IMG/VR virus record: IMGVR_UViG_3300028833_000126
Location: 716-64,715 of that record
DNA length: 64,000 bases
Strand: one strand, 5' to 3'
From: a virus
Lineage: Duplodnaviria; Heunggongvirae; Uroviricota; Caudoviricetes
Below the pieces are notes generated by a model. The model had not been told where the DNA came from and searched no databases. It saw only the letters and a program-made list of their open reading frames with translations. How positions within the stretch are numbered: the stretch's first letter is position 1; the number at the start of each line of letters is the position of its first letter. Shown piece by piece: positions 26,940-37,100 of the stretch. Made by a program: the position numbers and the translations under genes.

Positions 26940-26955
26940 ATCATGCCTCAGTACT

Positions 26956-27267
26956 TCATGCCCATGTTGACTTCGCATCGACGACAAGGTATGTCCAAGC
27001 GAGTAAGCATCTCCACTTCTGGCCGAGATCTTTCATGATCCTCTCAAGTCGAGCCGCAACACTCTTCTTGAGCTGTCCATCTTTGAAAATATAAAGATCC
27101 AGAATGTGATGGTCATACTTGTTGTAAGCGCAATGGACTTTCGGGTCACAGTTGAGCGGTACCACTACTTTTTCATGTACAATGTTCTTGATTGCTTCAA
27201 ACTTATCAGTCTCCATGATTGTAGGAGCCTTAATGCTGAGAACGATCATTGTCCGCTTATCTTTCAT
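26956..27267 (-). CDS. hypothetical protein
   Basis: 103 aa, RBS GAAAGGATGACTGAAT. Confidence 0.45.
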   Translation of the reverse strand: MKDKRTMIVLSIKAPTIMETDKFEAIKNIVHEKVVVPLNCDPKVHCAYNKYDHHILDLYIFKDGQLKKSVAARLERIMKDLGQKWRCLLAWTYLVVDAKSTWA

Positions 27268-27290
27268 ATTCAGTCATCCTTTCAAAAATA

Positions 27291-28013
27291 TCATTGAGCT
27301 CTCATGGCATCGAAGACATGACCGCCGCATATCTGCTCAATGTTTGCGATTGCTTCATTTGAAGGCGTTTTCATGTCGTCCTCCCAGGATTTAACAAGAC
27401 CAATGTCATAGCCAGTCAGATCAGAGAAATCGCGAACACTCAATCCGTTTTGCTCCCTGCACTTCTTGATGAGGCTGCCATATGTTGTCTTGCGAACAGG
27501 CACGCGGTAGACCATGAGTTTTGAAGGAGAGCCACCCGGTGTTTTTCCGATCGTCACTTCCGGTTCTGGAATAATATCGGCATAGTCATGAGCGATCTTT
27601 GTCAGCTTCTTCCCAACAGCAATGGGAGAGCATCCTTCGTAGACGGGATTATTCTCAATGAACTCATGCGTTGTCATCTTCACCAGATCGTAATTCTTCG
27701 GCTGGGATTTGTAGTCCATATAGAGGTCGAGAATCTCGTCAATTCGCTCATCCTTCTTCTTTCTCCCGCTCTTTTCGACCTTTACAAGGTTATACGAAAG
27801 GGGAATATCATGGGAGACGGTTTTCTTTTCTTCCTCTTCTTTCCTCGCAATGATGAGCTCATCGAGGACATTGATTGAAGGAGTTGCCCGATTCTCTTCA
27901 TCGACGACTTTCTGAATGAATTCCACGATCTTATTGCAAGTCTCTTCGGAAATATCATTCAGCGTGAATTGGATGTTGATTCGTCTTTCGGTTTTGTACA
28001 TCATGCTTGCCAT
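27291..28013 (-). CDS. protein with C-terminal XRE-type HTH
   Basis: Trimmed to MASMMYKT preceded by AGAAAGGATTACAACA; C-terminal GLSVRDFSDLTGYDIGLVKSWEDDMKTPSNEAIANIEQICG. Confidence 0.5.
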   Translation of the reverse strand: MASMMYKTERRINIQFTLNDISEETCNKIVEFIQKVVDEENRATPSINVLDELIIARKEEEEKKTVSHDIPLSYNLVKVEKSGRKKKDERIDEILDLYMDYKSQPKNYDLVKMTTHEFIENNPVYEGCSPIAVGKKLTKIAHDYADIIPEPEVTIGKTPGGSPSKLMVYRVPVRKTTYGSLIKKCREQNGLSVRDFSDLTGYDIGLVKSWEDDMKTPSNEAIANIEQICGGHVFDAMRAQ

Positions 28014-28068
28014 TGTTGTAATCCTTTCTTTACTCTTATTTAATTTTGTTTGAAAATATAAAAAGGAA

Positions 28069-28088
28069 GAGACCATGTTTCAGGTCTC
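28069..28088 (-). terminator. hairpin terminator (GAGACC-ATGTTTCA-GGTCTC), identical to the one at 44946
   Basis: Perfect 6-bp stem followed by a T-rich tract on the minus strand. Confidence 0.5.
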
Positions 28089-28307
28089 AATCCAGTCCTC
28101 TACTTTTCTCATAGATCTTATAGAAGCTTTTTCTTTGGTCTTTACATTCACAAGCACAGGAATACCGTCCTTATTCCTTATGCGCCAACCATCAGCCCAC
28201 ATTTTCCGATCTTTGATATATGCATCAACTGCATAATACAGATAGAATACTGTAGCGACTATCGCTGTAATAAAGTACAGTATTGCTGTAAGTTTGAATT
28301 TTTTCAT
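28080..28307 (-). CDS. small membrane protein
   Basis: 75 aa, N-terminal TM. Confidence 0.45.
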   Translation of the reverse strand: MKKFKLTAILYFITAIVATVFYLYYAVDAYIKDRKMWADGWRIRNKDGIPVLVNVKTKEKASIRSMRKVEDWIET

Positions 28308-28334
28308 ACCTATAACTCCTTTTGTCTATTAAGG

Positions 28335-28365
28335 TTTCATTATACGGCATGAAACTTTCGCGAAG
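28335..28365 (-). promoter_or_regulatory. conserved promoter-like element, copy 9
   Basis: TTCGCGAAAGTTTCATGCCGTATAATGAAACC. Confidence 0.5.
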
Positions 28366-29542
28366 AATATCTACTCGATACATAGTCTTGTTCGTTGAAC
28401 TGCTTCTTCTCCTTGAGCGCCCGCTTGATCGCAACATCAATCCCGGCAAAAGAACGAAGATGGAAGTAGTACAAAATATCATACGGCGTGTTGCGTCTGT
28501 CAATTCGGCCCGTCGCTTGCTTCAGTGTCTTGTAGGAATAATTCTGCGAGTAGAAGATCGTTGTATCCGTTGTGATGCAATTCCATCCCTCAGCTCCTGC
28601 GCTGTATTGAGACAGATATACCCAAGAGTCACCGCTGAGAGTTCTGACATCTTCGTGCTTATGTCCGTTCCACTCTGCATACATGATTCCTCGCTCTTCA
28701 CAGAAATTCCGAAGAATCTCAAGCTCGTAGTCGAAGTTATAAAATATAATAGCTTTCGGATGCTTCTTAAGTATCTTCTCAAGAGCCTCTACCCTGCTTG
28801 GATCGCTGTTGCAGACTTTTCTCTGTGCATAGCATAGCTCACCGGCAGTGTCAATTGGCTCACACTTCCAAGGATTCCACATGTCACGAGCAAGGCTTTT
28901 GTACTTCAAAATATCATACTCAACCATGACATCCTCATGCTTGCTCTCTGTTCGCTTTTTGTAGTCCATCTTCACGAGAATCTGATTGCGATATCGTTTC
29001 AGTTTATCCTGCTCGAGATACCTGTCAATCTTCGGAAAATTTGTGAACTGAGAATAGACGATATGCTCATGGACGAACTGAGTGCGATTCTTATAAAAGC
29101 CGTTCGCAATGAAAACCGGAATATAGTCTTTCCACGTGTCTCCCGGAGTTGCTGACAAGAGAATCCATCGGTTCTTCTTCACGATCTTGAGAAAACACTT
29201 CACCCAAGCTCCTGATCCTACAACACGCTGCTCATCAAATATAAAGAATGCGTCGGAGACACCGACGTATTTCTCAATGTTATTCCATGAGTCAACGACA
29301 ATGTCTCCGACAAACGGCATTCCAAACGGCTCACATTCCTCAGGCCACTCCTTCGTATCACGCTTCTTTGCAGTTGTGATAATATAAAGCGGCATCGAAG
29401 ACCCATGCTCACGGAAGTCTTTCTCGTAGTATGCAAGAGCTGTACGAGACTTTCCGGAACCAACGTCCCCGCAAAGAATGCAGCCGTTTTTCATTCGATT
29501 TACGGCGTCAATCTGATAGTCATCAAGAATTACATTCGGCAT
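28340..29542 (-). CDS. SF2 ATP-dependent helicase (DEAD/SNF2-like)
   Basis: Walker A GDVGSGKSRTAL, DExx box IFDEQ, motif VI QATGRIDRR. Confidence 0.65.
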   Translation of the reverse strand: MPNVILDDYQIDAVNRMKNGCILCGDVGSGKSRTALAYYEKDFREHGSSMPLYIITTAKKRDTKEWPEECEPFGMPFVGDIVVDSWNNIEKYVGVSDAFFIFDEQRVVGSGAWVKCFLKIVKKNRWILLSATPGDTWKDYIPVFIANGFYKNRTQFVHEHIVYSQFTNFPKIDRYLEQDKLKRYRNQILVKMDYKKRTESKHEDVMVEYDILKYKSLARDMWNPWKCEPIDTAGELCYAQRKVCNSDPSRVEALEKILKKHPKAIIFYNFDYELEILRNFCEERGIMYAEWNGHKHEDVRTLSGDSWVYLSQYSAGAEGWNCITTDTTIFYSQNYSYKTLKQATGRIDRRNTPYDILYYFHLRSFAGIDVAIKRALKEKKQFNEQDYVSSRYSSRKFHAV

Positions 29543-29732
29543 TATTCTCCTTTGCCCTCATCTTCTTGAAGCACGTCTTTGTCCCAGTACACTTTTCCTT
29601 TGTGCAGTTGAGACAAATATCAATCTTTGCTTGATTTGGCTTACGGCCATTTCTTACTTTGCGATCCTGATAGTTGCTGTAGGACTGTCCATGTACCATG
29701 CCATCCTTTGCAAGATCTCTCTTGAATCCCAT
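29523..29732 (-). CDS. small Cys-rich basic protein
   Basis: 69 aa, CLNCTKEKCTGTKTC. Confidence 0.4.
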   Translation of the reverse strand: MGFKRDLAKDGMVHGQSYSNYQDRKVRNGRKPNQAKIDICLNCTKEKCTGTKTCFKKMRAKENNAECNS

Positions 29733-29757
29733 AGTGAACCTCCGTATAGCTCAAATA

Positions 29758-30222
29758 TCATTTAGCGCATCTTTTCTTCGTAACCGGATTCAGGATCGAG
29801 TACTCTCTGAACTGCCGGACCGCTTCCCATGTAGCAAAGCCAGCCATTCGCAGTCTCTTCGTGCAAAGGAATTCGTTGAACTCGTCATCGGACAGTTTCT
29901 TCAGCTTTGTCGGCGTCGTATAGCCATATACCCACAGAGCATTGGTAACACGTGCGGCATACGCATCGGGATCAAAGCCGTTTTCTCTGAGAATCGTGCT
30001 AATCTGAGAGCCGATGGTGAAATACGTCTTTGCGTCTTTTGCATTCTTGACGTGAATTCGTTCAAGAGAGCGCAGAACATTTCTGACCGTGGATCCGCTC
30101 ATGTCGAGAGACTTCGCAATTTCATAGGAAGTCATACCCTTGAGATAGAGATCAAAGATCTTATGGTTTCTTTCGAGCCTTGTTTCTTTGGGCTCCTGAT
30201 TCTTCTTTTTATTGGTTGCCAT
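29758..30222 (-). CDS. HTH DNA-binding protein, paralog of the 30209..30730 gene
   Basis: Trimmed to MATNKKKNQ preceded by AAAGGAGAACCTAAAA; HTH GMTSYEIAKSLDMSGSTVRNVL; C-terminal half similar to the neighbouring gene. Confidence 0.5.
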   Translation of the reverse strand: MATNKKKNQEPKETRLERNHKIFDLYLKGMTSYEIAKSLDMSGSTVRNVLRSLERIHVKNAKDAKTYFTIGSQISTILRENGFDPDAYAARVTNALWVYGYTTPTKLKKLSDDEFNEFLCTKRLRMAGFATWEAVRQFREYSILNPVTKKRCAK

Positions 30223-30730
30223 TTTTAGGTTCTCCTTTAGCAATTTTAGAATATAAATTGTAAGTGCTTTCACCCGTCTTCAGGCGATAGCGGTATTCTT
30301 CCAGCGCAATCTGTCCGATTCTACCGGCTCGTCTCATTCCTGTCGTATTGAGCAAGGCCTTGAATCGTGCAAAACTGGTGTGTTTTAGTTTCTTTCTCGA
30401 TCGAATATCATTCTTCCAGAGCGTTGTCATGATGTTAGTGACGAACTTGTCCGGGTCTTGCTTCAAGTCGTCTTTCAAAATATCATCAAGCACAAACGCC
30501 ATCTGAAAATACTCCTCAATGGCATTGTCGTCGCCAAGGTTGAGGATTCTCAGCAAGTGGTAATTGACAACGGGCTGCTGACATCCGACCACGTGGGCAA
30601 TATCATATTGACTTACACCGCACTTATACAGTCTCCAGATCGTATAATTGCGATCCATACGAAATTCCGTAAAGAAAAGGATTCTGTTAAGCTCCGGAAA
30701 CTCATAGGTTGGCAGCGCTCCTGTAACCAT
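30209..30730 (-). CDS. HTH DNA-binding protein, paralog of the 29758..30222 gene
   Basis: HTH GVSQYDIAHVVGCQQPVVNYHL, then the same helical C-terminal architecture; RBS GAGAAAGGAG. Confidence 0.5.
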   Translation of the reverse strand: MVTGALPTYEFPELNRILFFTEFRMDRNYTIWRLYKCGVSQYDIAHVVGCQQPVVNYHLLRILNLGDDNAIEEYFQMAFVLDDILKDDLKQDPDKFVTNIMTTLWKNDIRSRKKLKHTSFARFKALLNTTGMRRAGRIGQIALEEYRYRLKTGESTYNLYSKIAKGEPKNGNQ

Positions 30731-30755
30731 CTGTCAGCAGCTCCTTTCTCAAATA

Positions 30756-31049
30756 TCAATACTGATCCGGGAACAGAATTGTCGTAACTTTTCTGTCTGC
30801 CTCAGTGATGATCCAGATCTTCTTGTGCTTCTTCGACTTCTCATGCCCATACGAAGCGAAGATTCTCTCGCCGCTGTCAAGGGCTGCATCATTCGCTGCT
30901 TTGTCTTCGTCACTGCTGTCCCCCCAGTCGCCGTTTGCGTATCTACCAAGAGAGGTCGTAACAAACCTGCTGAACATCGGACTCTGCTTCATCAGCTCAT
31001 CTATTTCTTTTGTTACAACGATATGACCAAGTTTGAATGTTTTGCTCAT
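30756..31049 (-). CDS. hypothetical protein
   Basis: 97-aa ORF. Confidence 0.45.
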   Translation of the reverse strand: MSKTFKLGHIVVTKEIDELMKQSPMFSRFVTTSLGRYANGDWGDSSDEDKAANDAALDSGERIFASYGHEKSKKHKKIWIITEADRKVTTILFPDQY

Positions 31050-31372
31050 CAGTAATCACTCTCCTTTAATTCCTGCATCTCTTTTTCAAAACGATCCTGC
31101 AATTCAGCGGCACAAGCAGCATACCCAGCAAGGTCTACATAGCTGTCATCCGTTGCAGTGCCAGTCGTGATCCTTCCGATTTTCATCAGAGCCATCATAT
31201 GTGCAACATCGGCACCATAGAGTCTCGGCTGACCACGCTGAAAGATTGCAGCCAGGTACGTGGTCCAATAGTCTGCAATCACGCTAAAATTATCTTCCGG
31301 AGACCCGTAATCCTGTTCACGCTTACCACAGACGCAGTTCTTCGCTGTATCAAGGCACTCTCCTCTTAGCAT
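31049..31372 (-). CDS. hypothetical protein
   Basis: 107-aa ORF. Confidence 0.45.
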   Translation of the reverse strand: MLRGECLDTAKNCVCGKREQDYGSPEDNFSVIADYWTTYLAAIFQRGQPRLYGADVAHMMALMKIGRITTGTATDDSYVDLAGYAACAAELQDRFEKEMQELKESDY

Positions 31373-31390
31373 AAAATATCACACCTTTCT

Positions 31391-32509
31391 TTATTCTCCA
31401 ACAGAGTCAAGAATCTCCTTGATGCCAAAGAGTCCACCATATCCTTCGCCGTCGCCAGAGGTGATGATCGTCTTTACAGAGCCGTTGATGGCCTTAACTG
31501 CTGCTTCCTGAATATCCAGTTCACGATCACGGAAGTACTTGTCAGTGAGAGTCTCCTGATTCTCAAGCTCTGCTTTCTTCATTAGCTCAGCCTCTTCAAC
31601 CTGCATCTTAGCGATCTCAACACGGCTTCTCTGCTCTGCTTCGGCTTCATCACGCTTGATCTGTGCAACCTCTGCTTTTGCTTTCTGTGCATCGATCTGG
31701 GCCTGTGCTTCCTTCGCAACTTCATATGCCGCTGCATCTGCCTCAGCCTGTCTCTGGAGAAGCTCTTTCTGAGACTGTGCTTTCTGCTGGTCTACGATCT
31801 GCTGGTTGATTTCATCCTGCTTCTCTCTTTCCAGCTTTGCGAGTTCAACTTCATTCTGAGCCTCAGTCTTCTGGTCGATCTTAAGCTGAATATCTTCAGG
31901 TAGAATCAGAGTTCCGAGTTCGAATCGGATCAGCTCTACGCCGTAAATATCATAGAGGACCGTCTTCAGTACATCGGATACCTTCTGCTGGATCTCCGTT
32001 CTGCTTGCCTGTACGTCATACACCGAGTATTCCTGCGTTACACCGTTGAGTTTACCCTTGCTCAGACCATAAATATCATTGTTGATGATCGAGTCGAAAG
32101 ACTTCGTGCCAAATGACTTGATGATCTTGCCGATGTCAATCGGGCGAACACTGATGTAGACATCCGCATCGATGTTCTTACCTTCCTTCGAGGCGATAGA
32201 CATGGACATATCGACCTTATTGTCGCCTTCCGCAAGTCTAGTCCAATTCTCCGAGATGATCGTCGTAGGGTATCTCAGAACGTCCTGTGTTACAGGGTTT
32301 ACTGTGATTCGTCCTGTTCGCTCGTTGTCGATAACAGACGTTCCTTCAATGACATTGTCTTCAGGTGTTGCGGTACGGTCATAGACATATCCTACATAAC
32401 CGGCAGGGATGGTCTCGTGTGTCGCTGCATAGATAATGATTCCTCCAACAAGGCATACTGCGAGGAGGATGAGGGCGGTAATGAATTTCTTTGCTCCATT
32501 TGTCATTTT
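31391..32509 (-). CDS. SPFH/band-7 (flotillin/HflK-like) membrane protein
   Basis: Trimmed to MTNGAKKF; N-terminal TM, SPFH-like core, then a long Q/E/A/K coiled coil typical of flotillin-like proteins. Confidence 0.5.
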   Translation of the reverse strand, partial: KMTNGAKKFITALILLAVCLVGGIIIYAATHETIPAGYVGYVYDRTATPEDNVIEGTSVIDNERTGRITVNPVTQDVLRYPTTIISENWTRLAEGDNKVDMSMSIASKEGKNIDADVYISVRPIDIGKIIKSFGTKSFDSIINNDIYGLSKGKLNGVTQEYSVYDVQASRTEIQQKVSDVLKTVLYDIYGVELIRFELGTLILPEDIQLKIDQKTEAQNEVELAKLEREKQDEINQQIVDQQKAQSQKELLQRQAEADAAAYEVAKEAQAQIDAQKAKAEVAQIKRDEAEAEQRSRVEIAKMQVEEAELMKKAELENQETLTDKYFRDRELDIQEAAVKAINGSVKTIITSGDGEGYGGLFGIKEILDSVGE

Positions 32510-32519
32510 GTTTTCTCCT

Positions 32520-32624
32520 TTACTTTTTGAAAGTGTTTTTGAACCATTTGTAGATGGGATCCTTGAAACAGATTGCCAGAACAATGATGACAACCACAAG
32601 GATAATAATCATTCGGATAGGCAT
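32520..32624 (-). CDS. possible 34-aa transmembrane peptide
   Basis: MPIRMIIILVVVIIVLAICFKDPIYKWFKNTFKK with RBS GTGAGGTAAACA; sits between the SPFH gene and the upstream gene. Confidence 0.35.
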   Translation of the reverse strand: MPIRMIIILVVVIIVLAICFKDPIYKWFKNTFKK

Positions 32625-32632
32625 TGTTTACC

Positions 32633-33193
32633 TCACAGATTAGAAATATCCATTGAGAACACCGGACGGATACCGATAGCAGCGTTAGTAGGTCTGTAAT
32701 AGATCGACTCGAGGTTGCCGAGATAGTTGACAGCGTAGGAATATGTCTCCTCGACTCTCTTTTCGCGGTTCTTGAGCCAGTAGCACATCGGACTGTCATC
32801 TGCGTCGATGTTGTCTACCACGATCCGGTTGTGACGGTCACGCATGAGCAGGAACCGACTGTCATTGTCTGGCTCAGCCCATCTCTTGTATTCGCTGCTG
32901 TCGTGACCAAATATCATACCGATTGTCGGCAGATCAACAGACTTAAGTCTTGGCTTCAGCTCCTCGGGAAACTCCTTGTAGACAAGCTCGAGTGTACGAT
33001 CACAGTCATTACGGTTATAGCAATAGTCGACGCAGCAATCGAACATGAAGATACCGATGTTCTTGTCCTCTTGATCGAAGTTCTGAAGCGTTGCTTTGAA
33101 CATGCCGTAGCCCTGAGGTTCAACAAATATCTTATCGCCAATCTTGAACCCGGCGATATTGGTGCTTACACCCATTTCTCTTCTTACAATCAT
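32633..33193 (-). CDS. hypothetical protein
   Basis: 186-aa ORF, leader TTATATTTTCAAAAGGAGTG. Confidence 0.5.
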   Translation of the reverse strand: MIVRREMGVSTNIAGFKIGDKIFVEPQGYGMFKATLQNFDQEDKNIGIFMFDCCVDYCYNRNDCDRTLELVYKEFPEELKPRLKSVDLPTIGMIFGHDSSEYKRWAEPDNDSRFLLMRDRHNRIVVDNIDADDSPMCYWLKNREKRVEETYSYAVNYLGNLESIYYRPTNAAIGIRPVFSMDISNL

Positions 33194-33238
33194 TGTTTAC
33201 ACTCCTTTTGAAAATATAAAAGAAGAAAAGAGGCCCTG

Positions 33239-33505
33239 TTAGGACCCCTTCTCCTCTTCGGTTTCTTCCTGATTCTTTTTCTTTTTCGCCTTAATGATCG
33301 CTGTTGCAATTACACCCGTTGCAACTCCGACAAGGACTGCCGCACCTCCGATGAGCATACACCAGCAACCGTATCCATTGATGTCGTTATAGAAGTCAAT
33401 TGCGTCTTCTACATTTTTTCCATACATGGACCAGTCGTCATATGTGCCATCTGGAAATGTCACAATGTTCTTGTCTTTGTTTAAGGTGATAAACAAGCTT
33501 TTCAT
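33239..33505 (-). CDS. small membrane protein
   Basis: 88 aa with a TM helix; driven by the promoter motif at 33540-33568. Confidence 0.45.
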   Translation of the reverse strand: MKSLFITLNKDKNIVTFPDGTYDDWSMYGKNVEDAIDFYNDINGYGCWCMLIGGAAVLVGVATGVIATAIIKAKKKKNQEETEEEKGS

Positions 33506-33539
33506 TAACTTCCTCCAGTAAATATAAATTAGGATTTAC

Positions 33540-33568
33540 TCCCATTACTGAAGATGCTAATTTCGCGA
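33540..33568 (-). promoter_or_regulatory. conserved promoter-like element, copy 10
   Basis: AATCGCGAAATTAGCATCTTCAGTAATGGG. Confidence 0.5.
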
Positions 33569-34096
33569 TTACATATCGAACGGCACATCATCGTCATCCG
33601 GAGCTTCCTCAGATGCCCAGTCAGCCTCGAGGATAGGTTCCGCAGTTCTTGCGTACATTTCGCTGAGCTGTGCAGAGATGCCGGATGCACCAGTCATGTT
33701 CTTCCACGGATACTGTCTCAGTACAACGTCAACCCTGTCGAACTCAACGCGGTCAAAGTTGGCAATGTTGTCTTCCGTGATCTGAATCCGTCTGTCATGC
33801 GTGAACTGAACGATCTTCGGCTTCACCCAATCGAGGTCTAGGCGGACCTTAACTTCGAGCGTGTAGAAGGGATCGCCATCTTCATTCTTCGGCATCTTGA
33901 TCTTGACATTCCAGCCGAGATCCTTGAGCTTCTGAGCTGCTTCTGCATCGTAGAAGCGGATTGTGAACTTGCGAGTGCCGTTTGTGTTGAACTGTGTCTT
34001 CTCACCGGCAAAGTTGCGATAGGTAATGTTGCTGTTTCTGAGACCGCTGATCTTGAGCTTGTTGCCTTCGAGAACTGTGTACTTGATTTCTTCCAT
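33569..34096 (-). CDS. putative single-stranded DNA-binding protein (non-canonical, acidic aromatic C-terminal tail)
   Basis: Ends ...ASEEAPDDDDVPFDM, resembling the SSB DDDIPF tail and the T7 gp2.5 acidic-Phe tail; immediately upstream of the polymerase gene. Confidence 0.35.
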   Translation of the reverse strand: MEEIKYTVLEGNKLKISGLRNSNITYRNFAGEKTQFNTNGTRKFTIRFYDAEAAQKLKDLGWNVKIKMPKNEDGDPFYTLEVKVRLDLDWVKPKIVQFTHDRRIQITEDNIANFDRVEFDRVDVVLRQYPWKNMTGASGISAQLSEMYARTAEPILEADWASEEAPDDDDVPFDM

Positions 34097-34134
34097 GATA
34101 ATAAAACTCCTTTTATGGTTTTAGAAAATATAAA

Positions 34135-37100
34135 TTAGAATTTCGGTGTTTCAGGAGGCCAATCTGCTGGCGGCTCCTTATCAACTAACTTGTAATAGTC
34201 ACCGTAACCGCAAGCAATACCGACAGAATTGATCGTTTCAATCGCTTCATTTGCAAGAGCATCATAATAGCTTACGTCTATCATATCCTGCTTATTCAGC
34301 TCTTTCACGATCTCTGATTCGAGCCATCGGTAGCCCTTTGTTCCTGCTACGGCATAGTACTTATTGTCAGCATTCCGGTAGAGTACACCGCCTTCTCCAC
34401 CGGGAACGATCGGACAGAACTGCCCAATACGTCCTACGAAAATATAATTGTGAGACTTACTCTCTTTCTCACGAAGCTCGGTGAGTCTAACCTCCACCAT
34501 GTCGTCCGTGAGTTCATACCGCTTGAGGATCTTCTCCTTCGACACTTTTGCATCGGGTTCGAGCATCTTCTGCAAATCCTCAAGTTCTTTTACTTCAACC
34601 GCACTCAGCTGAGGCAGTTTCTCATTCATGTCAATGACGATGGACCCCTTTGCAACAGACTTTGTCTCGCAGTAATCATCGAACTTGAGCTCCTCACCGG
34701 AGAACAAGGTCTTAAATACATACGGGACTTGGAACTGTGTGCCAGTCGCGGTCCACCAAATATCATCGCCAGTCTTTTTGTCTTTGAGCGGCTCCTTGTA
34801 CTTTGCAACATACACTGCATCATTCACAAGGCAGAATTTATCGAAGTCTGCTTCTGTCTCGAACGAATATCCATACTCGTGACCAAACTTGATGACGAAA
34901 TTGCGAATCTCATCCGTCGCATTCGGTATCTTGATGGAGTCCGTCTTGATGTGAGCAACCTGATAACCTCTCTTCTGGACCTCGCTCTTAAGAAGTGTCA
35001 TAAAGAGTGCACCGCGTTTTGCAACGATATTGTCGACATTTCGAGGATCGCGGAACCGGTTTGTGAACTTCGCTGAGGTAAGACCGTAGATTGCGTTGAT
35101 GACGATCTTCAGTGCCTGAGCAAGACCGGGCGCATTATCATCCGTAAGCCAAGGCTTGAGAACGCCGTTTAGATAAGTTACTGCAAGATCGAAGTCCTTA
35201 TGCTTGATTGCAACACGTGACTCAACGACTTCCTCAAATATCCTTGTGTACTTTGGTCCGAATAAGACCTCAGCAATTGCACTGTGCGGATGCTGCGAGG
35301 AAATATCCCCATCCCAGACACCAAGATGAATTCCGGGTTCTGCATAGACACGTCCTCCTTCTCCGATCTCTTCTCCAAGATAAGTTGACTTGCCATATTC
35401 AAACTTATATCCCGGGAAGAACGGAAGAATGGAATATCCATCAGGCAACGCCACACACCCGTCTCCATCGTAAACCTCGTACGTAGGAAGTCCGTTCTCA
35501 TCAAACACGTGGAACACATACTTGTCGCCGAACTTCTCACGATACTCGGAATACTGTGTCCAACTGACAGGTTTCGAGAGATCTCTGTAGTTGAACTGAG
35601 TCTGCGGGTCTTTGTCCGATCCAAATATAATTTTCTCAGACAGCGAGTTGGTTGTGTCATTGACTGTTACTGTGCTGATACCGTGGAGAGCCTTAACAAG
35701 CTCAACCTGAATCTGCCTTGCCATAAAGTCTTCCTGCCGTGCGTTCCAGACCGCCTCTGTTGCGATGACGTCATTTGCACAGTATTCCGCAACTTTATCC
35801 CAAAGCTCTTCAGGTACCGGCTCGTCCCAAGGCAAACCAAGCTCCTGATGGTGAATTCCGAGCTCAATCTCAAATTTCTTCAGGGACTGTTTCTTCGAAG
35901 AGAAGTCGTAAATATCCGTGTAAGACAAGTTATACGCATTGCCGAACTTACCGCCGATTTTAGCGCCTTTCTCTGAATCAATAATCGTCTTTGAAAGATG
36001 ATAGAGCTGCTCGTTTGTGTAACCGAGGATTCTGGCATACAGAATGTGGTTATCATACTGTCGACAGTTGAAACCTATCAACTTGTATTGCGTGAGCTCT
36101 TCAATTTCCTGTGGCGTCGGATTAATCATTCTGACAACAGGCTGATCATCTCCAAGCGCCTTGTAGCACACAACAAACAAATTAATGAAAACTTCAACGT
36201 CAAAAAATATCAAAATATCCTTTTTGATTTGATATTCGTCTCCCGGAGGCTCACTGTCCTCAGATTTGAACTTCATCTCAGCAACGAGCTTTGTGCAATA
36301 GTCTGCGTTATGTGTACTGTTCGAGGCGAACGTGAGAACGGATTGGAACATGTCGCTCACATCATAATGAACACCGCTTGCATAAGCATCGTCAAGGACT
36401 TTCTTGATGAAGTCAACACTGGGTTTTGTTCCGGGATGGTACTCTTTGCAGAGGTTACGCTTAATAAGCGTACGAATGGCCTTTTCGTTTTTAACAGTCT
36501 CCGTGTTTACCAATTTATCTTCTCCTTTCAATGGTAAACCTGAGCTGATTTCGGCTATCTGAAGATCATTGCACTTCGTCAGCTTTCTTCTCAGGGTCAT
36601 GTTTCCCGTAAACACCTTAATCTCGATTCTGTCGTCAAAGATGCGGCTCAGTTTTGTCGGATCTCCTTTATAAATATAATGGAGATGGATGCCCTGACCG
36701 CTCTTGGACAGCTCTCCATACGTAGGAGGCCATCTGCTGACTGCTTCCAGATTCTTCTCGAGTGACTTATTGCCGTTCTCGTCTGGAATATCAAAATCGA
36801 TCACAATGTGATTTACAGGAACTCTGACATAGTGAAGCTGCGATGTGTCAAGATCCTTCAGTTTCGTCTGTACGTTCGACCATTTCCTCTGCGGGATTCC
36901 TTCTTCAGAGGCGTATTGCGCTGGATAATCTGTGGCAAGAATATCAAAGAGAGATGCCTGATCCCTTGGCTTGAACCAGCATTCGGGTTTCTTCTCGCCG
37001 TCAGACTTTTTGGAACTTTTTTCAGAAAATTCTTCCAGGGCAAATTTTTCCTTTCTGAATCCACCGTACCATTTGCGAACACGACCTCCGTCATCTGCAT

